Source: the human T2T-CHM13v2.0 reference genome, Homo sapiens. From it: a stretch of DNA of 64,000 nucleotides. A program made the translations under genes and the position numbers. Positions 47,233 to 64,000 of this stretch are shown here, in pieces. The first letter of the stretch is position 1; the number at the start of each line of letters is the position of its first letter. Location: assembly GCF_009914755.1 (NCBI RefSeq), contig NC_060931.1. The stretch is one strand, 5' to 3'. Under the pieces are notes generated by a model. The model had not been told where the DNA came from. It searched no databases and saw only the letters and a list, made by a program, of their open reading frames with translations.

Positions 47233-47394
47233 GCTTAGTGGCATTGGCATCCAGGCTCCACCATAATCCTGAGCCGTGGCCACGTGCTGCCAGATCACGG
47301 CCTCTGTGCAGTTCGAATCTGCCCTTCTTCTTAGTCCTTTGCACCATCCTCAGCCTTTATCCTCCTCGGTCCACATTCAGGCATTGCCACTTAG

Positions 47395-48057
<663 letters not shown>

Positions 48058-48820
48058 TAATCTTATTTAATAACCAAAAAACTCACAAAGATGTGCATTT
48101 TATCCGACTACAAAAGCAGCGTGGCGGGTTATATATTGTGGTAATTACATGTTTGGGGTTTCATTCCTCCTTTAAACCAGATTTCTTTTATTTCAGAAAA
48201 TCAGCCATTGTAGAAAAAGACTATTCATTTATTTCATTGCTGGGTGGCCTATACACTGTAAAAATAGGTCAAGAACAGTAATCTAAATTGACTGCTGATA
48301 AATAATTAAAGCTAATGGAATTTTTCTCAAACCTGTGAACTAAAATCTTTGAGAAATTGCCAGGACATACTTACTGTCTGCTGTTGTATAGAAAGATATT
48401 TTTTATTTAATACTTGAGTTTCAATGCCATTTAAAATTACCCTTTTCTATCACAAGGACTGGAAGGAATATGTGTTCATCTATAAAAGTAACCAAAGGAA
48501 CGATGCCGTGTTGATGGTTATATGGTTCATCTTCAGATGAGATGGGAAGTGACGGTTTCAGTATCCTGGAACAAAAGAAACATCATTTTTCACTGAACTG
48601 GATTTTAAGTTGAGGTCTACAGTCCACATATCATATAATATATATTGTCTTGTTTTTAAAGACTCCATACCTGGTCTGAGCTCTTGTATACATTGATAAG
48701 GGAAACTTAACAGCTATCTAACGTGACATCCAGGAAAATAAATACTAAGAACATTTTTTCTTTCATTAGTAATTACTGTTCTCTCATTGCTGCTACCAGG
48801 ACCTTATAAAAAGACATTGG

Positions 48821-49254
<434 letters not shown>

Positions 49255-49530
49255 CTAGCACCATTGGCAACAACCTTGTGAGAGTCAGAATCAAGTCTTT
49301 CAGAAGTGACCCAGTTCAGCCCCTCACTACCCCCACCCTGCCCTAGTGCTCTTGGAAAGACTACATTGTCTCCGAAGGAGAAAGGGTCCCACCCCTGAAC
49401 TGTCACTGTACAGGATGGGGTACCACCAAGAGATGTTGTACCTCTTAAATGCAGTCAGGGTTATTTCCCAGAAAAGTATCCAAGTTACTGTAGGATGAAA
49501 AAGACATCCAGAAAAACCTGGATTATCAGA

Positions 49531-49825
49531 TTTTTTTTTCCCCCATTTGGAGACAGGGTCTTGCTCTGTCACCCAGGCTGGATTACAGTGGCACAGTCAT
49601 AGCTCACTGCCATCCCAAACTCCTAGGCTCAAGCCATCCTCCACCTCAGCCTCCAAAATAGATAGGACTACAAGCCTGCACCACCATACTCACTAATTTT
49701 TGTATTTTTTTCTAGAGACGGGATTTCACCACGTTGCCCAAGCTGGTCCCGAATGCCTGGGCTCAAGCAATCCTCCTGCCTTGGCCTCCCAAAGTGCTGG
49801 GATTACAGTTGTGAGCTACCAGATA

Positions 49826-49859
<34 letters not shown>

Positions 49860-50083
49860 GGATGGAGTTTCCTGGGTTGAAGCGATTCTCCTGCCTCAGC
49901 CTTCTGAGTAGCTGGGATTATAGGCATGCACCACCATGCCCACCTAATTTCGTATTTTTTGTTAGTAGAGATGGGGTTTCTCCATGTTGGTCAGACTGGT
50001 CTCCAACTCCTGACCTCAGGTGATCTGCCCGCTTCAGCCTCTCGAAGTGCTGGGAATACAGGTGTGAGCCACCACACCCGGCC
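49531..50083 (-). mobile_element. Tandem AluJ (49531-49820) and partly deleted AluS (49827-50083)
   Basis: Alu consensus; CAGAT..TTTT target motif three times. Confidence 0.88.
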
Positions 50084-50533
50084 CAGATATTTTAAAAACA
50101 GAAATGACTTGATGACTTTGGAGATGTGTTTGTAATTCACAGCCTCCTTCTATGTGTGCATTGTGTTTGTGCTGATTCCAGTGAGCCTCTCGCTCCTGCA
50201 GACAGAGGTGAACCTCCATGCAGCAGCTCAGCGTGTCACCAGCTCTGGGTCCCTGGCACGCGACTCTGGGATATGGGGAGTGGAAGAGAGCTCATGGGAA
50301 TTGGGAGCACGAGGCCCTAAGATGGAGCAGAGCCTTCCAGAGAGGGCTCGGGAGTGTGTGTGTTACGACTCCCGCTCGTACGTTACAGGTGCAATTGAAC
50401 ACTGCATGACGATTTTGTCTCTATTTTGCTTTTACATCAGAATGGTTTCCTCCAGCAATTGGCATTACCTAGAAAATTCCTTAATAGCATTTTGCTGTTC
50501 AGTTCTCTGACCTAAAAACTGAGTTGTGAATCA

Positions 50534-51466
<933 letters not shown>

Positions 51467-51704
51467 TCACTGCCTCCTTATCATTTGTTCCACTGTGGTT
51501 TTGGCCAGCCTGAACCCCACTTTTTCCAGTTTATGACCACAAAGAAGGATTGTGCGGGTGTGCATGAGGACCAGTAAGTGGCAGAGTCTGCATTTTCTGG
51601 TGCTGTCCAGACAGCAAAGAGTGCTGTGTTCTAGAAAGACAGTAAATCGTATCATGTCCTTGCTAACCGACGATGGAGAATTCTGTGGGTCAGAATTGAG
51701 CATC

Positions 51705-51848
51705 TTTTTTGAGACAGAGTCTCTCTCTGTTACCCAGGCTGGAGTGTAATGGCATGATCTTGGCTCACTTGCAGCCTCAACCACCCGGGTTGAGGTGGGG
51801 AGCCTCCCAATGTGCTGGGACTATAGGCGTGAGCCGCCGTGCCTGGCC
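51705..51848 (-). mobile_element. Monomer-length Alu (FAM/FRAM-like or internally deleted)
   Basis: TSD AGAATTGA(G/A)CATCTTT. Confidence 0.8.
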
Positions 51849-52549
51849 AGAATTGAACATCTTTGTATCTTTCTTCTTAGTTTAGTACAAAACTGAATAA
51901 TATTTGCAGGCAGCAGAATTGGATCGGGAATTTCTCAAACTGCCAAAGATGAAATTAGAATGAGTGATTTTTGGCTGGCAGCTTGAAGTACATATATATC
52001 AGTTTGTGTATGATACGTGTGAGTATGTAGTGGTTTTTCCCTCTTCAACTGTCTTTAAATATGTGTGCGTGCGTGAGTGTGTGTACAAACACACGTAGCT
52101 TTAATATCAAAAAGGTTATTTTTGTAGGTCTGTTAGGAGACATGAATATGCTCAAAAGGGAAAAAAATACATGGATAGGGTGAGAGGAGTTTGCTTTATT
52201 TAAGGACATGATAAAAGGCATAGCCCTTCTGCCTTTCTGGAATGCTGTAACAGAATATAGAAATAATTGTATCATCTCCTGTACTTCTCAGAGCTGGTGT
52301 TTGCGTGAGGCTGGCCCTGTGCCAGGTTGGCAGGGTTGGGGGTAACCCAGGAGCATGCCTGCTAAGGCACACTGCCATTCAGGGCCTGGCCTTGCCCCTG
52401 CGCCCCAGCCCCCTGCTCTCCTCCATCCAGCTCTGCCCTCTTCCATTTCTCTGCTACAGTCTGAAATCTCTCAGCCACACCAGCTTTCTCATTCCATGAC
52501 CTCATCTGACTTGTCTCCTTCCCCTCTGAATCTGAGCCCTTGTTAAGCC

Positions 52550-52849
52550 TTTTTTTGTTTTTTCTTTGAGACAGAGTCTCACTCTGTCACCCAGGCTAGA
52601 GGGCATTGGTGCAGTCTCAGCTCACTGCAGCCTCTGCCTCCGCGGTTTAAGCGATCCTCCCACCTCAGCCTCCTGAGTAACCTGGACTACAGGCATGCAC
52701 CACCACGCCCAGCTTATTTTTATATTTTGAGTAGAGATGGGGTTTCGTCATGCTGGCCAGGCTGGTCTCAAACTCCTGACCTCAGGTGATCCACTTGCCT
52801 CAGCCTCCCAAAGTGCTGGGATTACAGGTGTGAGCCAGCGTGCCCAGCC
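52550..52849 (-). mobile_element. Alu (J/S)
   Basis: Alu consensus. Confidence 0.9.
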
Positions 52850-53068
52850 ATAGCTATTCTTCCATTCATTCCCTCATGCACCCTTTCCATGTCTTTTGAG
52901 TCCCCACTGTGTGCCAGGCCCCATGGTCGTTTTCCCTGGACCCTGCTGGGATCATAGTAATCTTCCCCCATCATTCTTTACGCCTTCCACACTCTTTTCC
53001 CTTGTTACCCTTTGTGTTATATGTTGTCCTCTACCTTTCTGAAAAGCACAGTGGGTGAAATGCGGTGA

Positions 53069-53536
53069 TGTGTTAGCTTCCTGTTGCTGCTGTCGCAACC
53101 TGCCATGCGCCGAGTGGCTTAAAACAACAGAAATTTATCATGTGACAGTGCTCGAGTTCAGGAGTCCAAAGTGGGATGGATTCCCCAGGCTGGAATCAAG
53201 GTGTCAGCCAGAGTTGTGTTCCTATTAGAAGCTCTGGGGGAGAATCAGTTTCCTGGCAGTTTCCAGCCTCTCGCGCTGCCGGCATTCCTATAGCATTCCG
53301 ACCTCTGCGTCGGTCCTCAGATCTCCTCTGACTCTGAGCCTCCTGCCTGTCTCTTACTAGGAGCACTGGGATTACACTGGGCCCACCTGGATAATCCAGG
53401 GTCATCTCCTGACTCATGATCCCTGACATAATCCCATCTGCAAAAGCCCCTTTTACCATTGCAATCTAACACATTCACAGGCGCCAGCTATGAGGACGTG
53501 GTTATCTCTGGCGGACTATTATTGGTGCTGACCACA
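53069..53536 (-). mobile_element. MLT1 (ERVL-MaLR, MLT1D-like) solo LTR
   Basis: TG...CA ends; GTGGCTTAAAACAACAGAAATTTAT, ATCAAGGTGTCAGC, GGGCCCACCTGGATAATCCAGG. Confidence 0.85.
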
Positions 53537-53567
53537 GATAGCCTTATTTATATAAAAAGAGATTGGT

Positions 53568-56133
<2,566 letters not shown>

Positions 56134-56321
56134 TTAAATCCTGAAGCGCCAGTTGGCGTTATTGATGTTTTAGGAGTGCAGGAATGGGTGAGGTCCCAGG
56201 CTTGCTTTAGATAGTGATAATTAGCACTGACTGCCACGCTGTTTTTAGGAGGCCTTAACCAATGTTTCCCTTCTTTCTCCTTCTCAAATGGCTGCTTCCT
56301 GACCTCCGCCTCCTGCTCCAG

Positions 56322-56369
56322 GATTTGCGCAAGCAGGTAGCGCCGCTGCTGAAGAGTTTCCAAGGAGAG
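56322..56369 (+). CDS. CUX1: Internal coding exon (48 nt, phase 0/0; usually exon 3) of CUX1/CASP, encoding [16 protein letters not shown]
   Basis: Branch-like CTGAC at 56299-56303, pyrimidine tract and AG at 56320-56321, donor GAG|GTAAGC at 56369/56370. The translation matches the CUX1/CASP N-terminal sequence ...[29 protein letters not shown]... as I recall it. Confidence 0.97.
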
Positions 56370-57569
56370 GTAAGCTTTTCTATTCATTTTCTATCCTGAG
56401 CCACCCTTCGTGGCTAATTGGTCTTTTTATTCACATTAAAGAAATGCTCCGGGCAAAAGGTGCTGCCCAGATGGTGCCTTCCCGGCTGCTCCGACCCAGC
56501 GTCATGCAGATTTTGCGCTCTGTGATGTGATTTTCCATTGGGTCCTTGGTGAAAGCCCTCCTGGAAAAGGAAGCTATGCTCAGAATACACAGAGCTGTGG
56601 TGGATTGCCAGCAGAAGTGCCCCGTGTGTGGTTGCAACAGGCAGGTTGTTGGCGCTACGGCCTTCAGGAGCCCATGCATCCCCTCTAGGAAGTCGCCTTG
56701 TCCCCCTGAGCTGGTCTGGGGCTGCCACTGCCATGAGTGTGTGCCATAAGTGTGGTGCTTTGCTGAGAGGCTGGCGGGGGCACAGGGAGGCCACTTGATC
56801 ACAGGCTTGAAACACAGAGCATCTAGCAGAAGCCACGAGGAGCAAGCCTAGGCTCAGTAGAAGGAAGTGGTTTCTAACGGATCCTTCCAGAGAAGGACGG
56901 AGCCATCTGGCAGACGGCACGTGGGTGGCAAGTCACCTGGGACATCCGCCCTGGCTACCTGTTAGCGGGAACAGCAGCCATAGAGGGGACTGGGCTCCAC
57001 GTGAGTGACACTCTTTGCCAGCCCTTTGTGTGAAGATTCAGTGATGTTTAGAAAACCAGAAATTATATTATTCTTGCGGATTTATTGAATCTCACCTCTT
57101 TAGCTTCTCCCGACGGAAAAACAGAAAGTGGAATCATAGCAGGCTGATAAGGAAAGGAAACGAGACATTTCCAAAGCCCCTGAAAGAGCCCATATTGGTA
57201 CAGTCTTAGGGATTTTTTTTTTTTTTTTTTTTTGGCGACAGAGTCTTGCCCTGTCACTCAGGCTACAGTCCAGTGGTGCAATCTAGTCTCACTGCAACCT
57301 CCGTCTCCCAGGTTCAAGTGATTCTCCTGTCTCAGCCTCCCCAGCAAATGAGATTGCAGGTGTGCACCACCACACCCAGCTAATTTCTCTATTTTTAGTA
57401 GAGATGCAGTTTCACCATGTTGGCCAGGCTGGTCTCGATCTCCTGACCTCAGGTGATCCACCTGCTTTGACCTCCCAAAGTGCTGGGATTACAGATGTGA
57501 GCCACTGTGCCTGGCAGGGATTTTATTTTCTTGCAACTGCTAAGTCACAGGGAACACATGGGGGAAGGG

Positions 57570-57621
57570 ACAGGAGAGATATGGCCGTGAGATACAGGAG
57601 AGATATGGCCGTGAGATACAG
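57570..57621. repeat. Perfect 24-bp tandem duplication (ACAGGAGAGATATGGCCGTGAGAT x2)
   Basis: Read directly. Confidence 0.95.
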
Positions 57622-58226
57622 TAGGTTCCTCTTGGGACACAGGTGATGTGGGCCTTATATATGGAAGGCTGGGTTCCTGGTCCCAGAGCTCTAGAGCAAG
57701 TTGTCGGGCTTCCATTTGGGAAATTCATCAACTGGGAGCGAGAGCAGGGAGTGAGTGAATGAAGGAGGCCAGGGCGATTGTAGCCAAAGACAGAGAGGCG
57801 ATTTCAGGACATCAAAAGGGACCAGCGTAGAAAGAAGACACAGCAGTTGGTGATGGCTGGAAATTTTCGAGGGCAGAACAGTACCCCTCTCTTCTTATGA
57901 TCTTCTTCCTGCCTCATTCAGCCCCCATGCACGTAGCTTGGTCCGGCCAGCAGGACACCTGCATCCCAGGGCTTGGATGGACTTGAACAGTCTTTTTCTC
58001 AGAACTTCATCTCCAAGCCCGTAGTTGATGAGTGAGGCTGTTACCTGACACCTACCCACATTTGATCTTACCTGTTCTGTTACCTGTCCAGCGGCTTTTG
58101 GGAGACCCACTGGCTTCCTAGTTCTCTCGCTCAAAGAGTTCAGTGTGCTTTCTAGGTGTTTGCTTGTTTTTCTTTCTTATTGAAAAATTTCAAAGCTGTG
58201 TAAAAATGGAAAGATTAGTACAGTGA

Positions 58227-58569
<343 letters not shown>

Positions 58570-59303
58570 TAACATTTCACCCCATGTACCTCCCCCCTCC
58601 CCTCCCCGCCCACCACTTTTGCTGAACATTCAGAAGTAAGTTGCAGAAGCAGGCACTGTGTCCCTCAAACACACGTGGAAGGCTCCCGAAGTTAAGGAAT
58701 TATTAGCATTCTCCTACATTACCACAATAACCACAAATATCACACCTGGGAAAATTCACAGTAATTCCAGGTCATCTCATATTTGATCCAAAATCAAATT
58801 TTTCCAATTATCCCCAAGATGTCTTTTATAACGGCCCTCCTCGCAACTGAGGTCCAGTCAGGTTCACACATTACATTTGGAAATCTGTCTATCTAATTTT
58901 CTATTTTAAAAAGTGTTTTTTTTTTTTGAGACAGGGTCTCGCTCGGTAACCCAGGCTGCAGTGCAGTGGTGCCATCATGGTTCACTGCAGCCTCCACCTC
59001 CTGGGCTCAGCAATCTTCTTGCCTTAGCACTCCCCTGCCCCCACCGCCAGATAGCTGGGACTATACATGTGCACCACCACATCCGGCTAATTTATTTTTA
59101 TTTTTAGTAGAGACGAGGTTTCAATACATTGCCCAGGCTTGTATCGACATCCCGGGCTCAAGCCATCCTCCCACCTTGGCTTCCCAGAGTGCCTTGATTA
59201 CAGACATGAGCCACTGTACCCGGCCCCTGCATTATCTCTTTTAATGTAGGACATCCTCTCCATCTCCATCACCTTCATTTCTTTTTATTTTTATTTTTTC
59301 TAG

Positions 59304-59486
<183 letters not shown>

Positions 59487-59869
59487 TGATCAGGCTGGTC
59501 TCAAACTCCTGACCTCAAGTGATCTGCCTGCCTCAGCCTCCCAGAGTGAGTGCTGGGATTACAGGCATGAGCCACCGCGCCTGGCCTGATTTTTTTGTTT
59601 GTTTGTTTGTTTGCTTTTTTGAAGAGTCTTAGCAAATTATCTTGTAGATTAGCCCACATTCTCAGTAGGATAATGGGTTTGATTCCTGATACCTTAAATT
59701 TGAAATACCCAAGAAACATCTAGGCTAAGCTTCCATTTGCCTATTTTTTTTTAAAGGCCATATGAAAGCTAATCATAAATAAATACATAAAATTATCATA
59801 GATTTTGAACCCACAAAAGAAAGGTAATTTTTTGGCACCATTAATTAATATTTATCAAGCCTCCGCTAA

Positions 59870-60100
59870 TTTATAAATAAATTTTATTATGTATACTTAA
59901 GGTATACAACATGATGCTATGGGATACATACAGACAGTAAAATGGTTATACGGGGAAGCAAATTAACATATGCATCGTCTCCCTTAGTTACTCTTTTTCA
60001 TGTGTGTGGCAGGAGCAGCTAAGATCTCATTTAGCAGAAATCCCTCATATTGCAATTATATTTACTATAGTCCTTGTTTGCACATTAAATCTCTAGACAC
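59870..60100 (-). mobile_element. L1MA-type 3' end
   Basis: TTAAGGTATACAACATGATG...AAATTAACATAT...TTAGTTAC. Confidence 0.7.
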
Positions 60101-60144
60101 TCCCAGCATCATCCCTCCCAAAATGTGACATTTATATTAAATAA

Positions 60145-60333
<189 letters not shown>

Positions 60334-60336
60334 TAG

Positions 60337-60465
<129 letters not shown>

Positions 60466-60529
60466 TAAAATATTTTACTTCCATCCTTTCATTATGATGT
60501 GTTCCTATTAAAAAGGTGATCATGTGTGG

Positions 60530-60923
60530 AATCCCAGCAGTTTGGGAGGACAAGGCAGGAGGATCGCTTGAGCCCAGGAGATCGAGACCAGCCTGGTCAA
60601 TATAGTGAGACCCCGTCTCAGTCTCATGCCTATAATCCCAGCACTTTGGGAGGCTGAGGCGGGTGGATCACCTGAGGTCAAGAGTTCGAGACCAGCCTGG
60701 CCAACATGATGAAACCCCGTCTAATAGACTAAACATACAAAAATTAGGCGGGCATGATGGCATGTGCCTGTAATCACAGCTACCTGGGAGGCTGAGGCAT
60801 GAGAATCAGTTGAACTCGGGAGGCAGAGGTTGCAGTGAGCCAAGCACTCTAGAGCCACTGTACTCTAGCCTGGGTGACAGAGTGAGACTCCGTCTAAATA
60901 AATAAATAAATAAATAAATAAAA
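60530..60923 (+). mobile_element. Alu left monomer (60530-60620) followed by AluS (60622-60923)
   Basis: Alu consensus; (TAAA)n tail. Confidence 0.88.
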
Positions 60924-62087
60924 GTTTCAGATAATGAAATGATTACTTATAATTATTATAACAAAATCATAAAATGTAACTCACACTGAAATTAGATATC
61001 GATTGATTGATTATGATACCTAATTTTGGGTGTTTCACAAGCCCAGCAAATTGATGGGTGGTGTGGGGGAGGTGTACCCTTAATATGAAGTCCAATTTAA
61101 AGCTTATTCTAGCCCAACAATTTAGACAATCCCTTTAGTAAAGTAATGCACATACCCTCTAGGAAAATGCTGTCTTTCCACTAGTCTGGCCAATCCTTGC
61201 TTCTCTCCCTGAGAAGGGGCGTGTTATGGAAGGTTGAGGGGATGAGGGGCTGGCTCAGAGAACCTCTTGGTAGTGGGGGACAAGTGTCCTCAGGGAGGAA
61301 AATCCTCTTAAGAAATAACTTGAGTGCTCGTATTAGAGAATAAATGAAAAACAATCTATGAACTAAGCATCGGCTTTATAAAATTACAGTAGGCTGGTAT
61401 GATGGCTCACGCCTGTAGTCCCAGCACTTTGGGAGGCCAAGCCAGGAGGATCATCTGAGGCCAGGAGTTTGAGACCAGCCTGGCCTAACCTAGCAAGACT
61501 CCATCTCAATTAAATAAATAAACAAACAAATAAATGTACAACAGAATAAGTTCAAATAGAATGAAAGAAATGACAAATATAATAATAAACATAAGAATAG
61601 AAATGAATGAAAAAAACAAAGAGCCAGGAGAGAAACATTGCAAAAGTCATTTATTTGAAAATACCACTGCAACTGACAAACCACTGTACTCATCAAGACA
61701 AAAAATGTTAGGAATAAAATTGGGGATGACATTGCAGCTGCTGCAGAGATTAAAAAGATAAAGGGAATGTTATAAGCAACTTTCTGCCAATAAATACTGA
61801 AGTCGAAAAAGTTCCAAAATTCTGTAACTACCAAAATTGATTAAAGAAGAAACAGACAACTTGAATAGCTTTGTAACTATTACTGAAATATTTCCATAAG
61901 GTCTAGACAGTTTCCAAGAGAGTTTTATCAATCATTCATGAAATAGAGAGTTCTCATACTTAGCAGACTCCTTCAGAAAATAGAAAGAGCGAGCACTTCT
62001 TAACTCCTTTTATGAGGCTAATATAACCTTGATACCAAAACAAGACAAGAACAGTACAAGAAAGGAAAATTAAAAGTCAGTCTTATT

Positions 62088-62504
<417 letters not shown>

Positions 62505-62616
62505 TTATTAACATAAATCCATGTCATTAGCAGATTAAAGGAGGAAACAATTTCAGTAGTTATATGAAAAGATTTTGATAAAATTTAAATCCATTCATGA
62601 TTAAAAACTACCAACA

Positions 62617-63183
<567 letters not shown>

Positions 63184-63420
63184 CTACTAACAAACTAGGA
63201 ATAGAGGGAAACATCTTAGGAATAGAGGGAAACTTCTTTAATGTGGTAAAAGGTATTTATCAGAAACATACATTAATCATCAGACCCAGTGGTGGTAAAA
63301 AAAAAAAAAAAAAAAATTCCCAGAAAACCAGGAATAAGACAAGAATACCTACTATTGCTACTTTAATTAACACTGTACTGCAAATCTTAGCTAGCAGAGA
63401 AGACAAAAAGAAATAAAGTA

Positions 63421-63705
63421 CAGATAGCTCTTGACTTACGATGGTGCAACTTTAGGATGATGCAAAGAAACTGTACTTTGAGTACCCATACAACCATGCC
63501 GTTTGTCAGTTTCAGTACAGTATTCAATAAATTACATGAGCTGGTGAATACCTGATGATAAAATAGGCTTTGTCTTGGATAATTTTCCCCAACTATAAGC
63601 TAATGTAAGTCTTCTGAATATATTTAAAGTAGGCTAAGCTAAGCTATGATGTTTGCCAGGTTAGTTTATTAAATACATTTTTGACTATAATATTTTCAGC
63701 CTACA
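63421..63705 (-). mobile_element. MER47A-like (TcMar-Tigger) element
   Basis: CAGTACAGTATTCAATAAATTACATGAG...GTAGGCTAAGCTAAGCTATGATG. Confidence 0.8.
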
Positions 63706-64000
63706 GTATAAGTATTGCAACAGAAGAAATCAAACTGTCATTTTTCAAGTGAGCCTCAATTATTTAACCAGGTTACTAGATACAAAATCAATATACAAAA
63801 GTAATTATATACCCCTGTATCAGCAGCAAACTTAAAAAGTCATTTTTAAAAAGGATACTACTGGAGATAGCCAGCCAAAAAAAAAAAAAAAAAACTATAG
63901 CTAGAAATGAATGTAACAATACAAGGGAAATCTTTCTAGAGAAAGATGTAACATTTATATTGAAGGATATTAAAGGAGAGTTAAATGGAGAGAGAGAAAG

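Overview
Human (primate) genomic DNA inside the CUX1 (CDP/CASP) gene on the + strand. The only credible coding sequence is one 48-nt, phase 0/0 exon at 56322-56369. It encodes [16 protein letters not shown], which I recognise from the shared CUX1/CASP N-terminus (usually numbered exon 3). The rest is intron. It holds about 70 Alu elements or fragments (roughly 30% of the window), plus L1, L2, MIR, MST/MLT1 LTRs, hAT/Tigger/Mariner DNA-transposon relics and microsatellites. Almost all ORFs in the supplied track are Alu-derived or chance. I found no new gene or prokaryote-type system. The best leads are regulatory. (1) Alu polarity switches at the exon, with 5 consecutive sense Alus upstream and 5 consecutive antisense Alus downstream, an arrangement that could loop out this in-frame exon. 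(2) A perfect estrogen response element has an extra half-site. (3) There are motif-dense candidate enhancers: PAX6/P3-homeodomain/SOX, three NRF2/MAF-type AREs, and an MRE array made by tandem duplication. Repeat boundaries and subfamily calls are by eye and approximate (about 10-20 bp). All functional claims are untested inferences.
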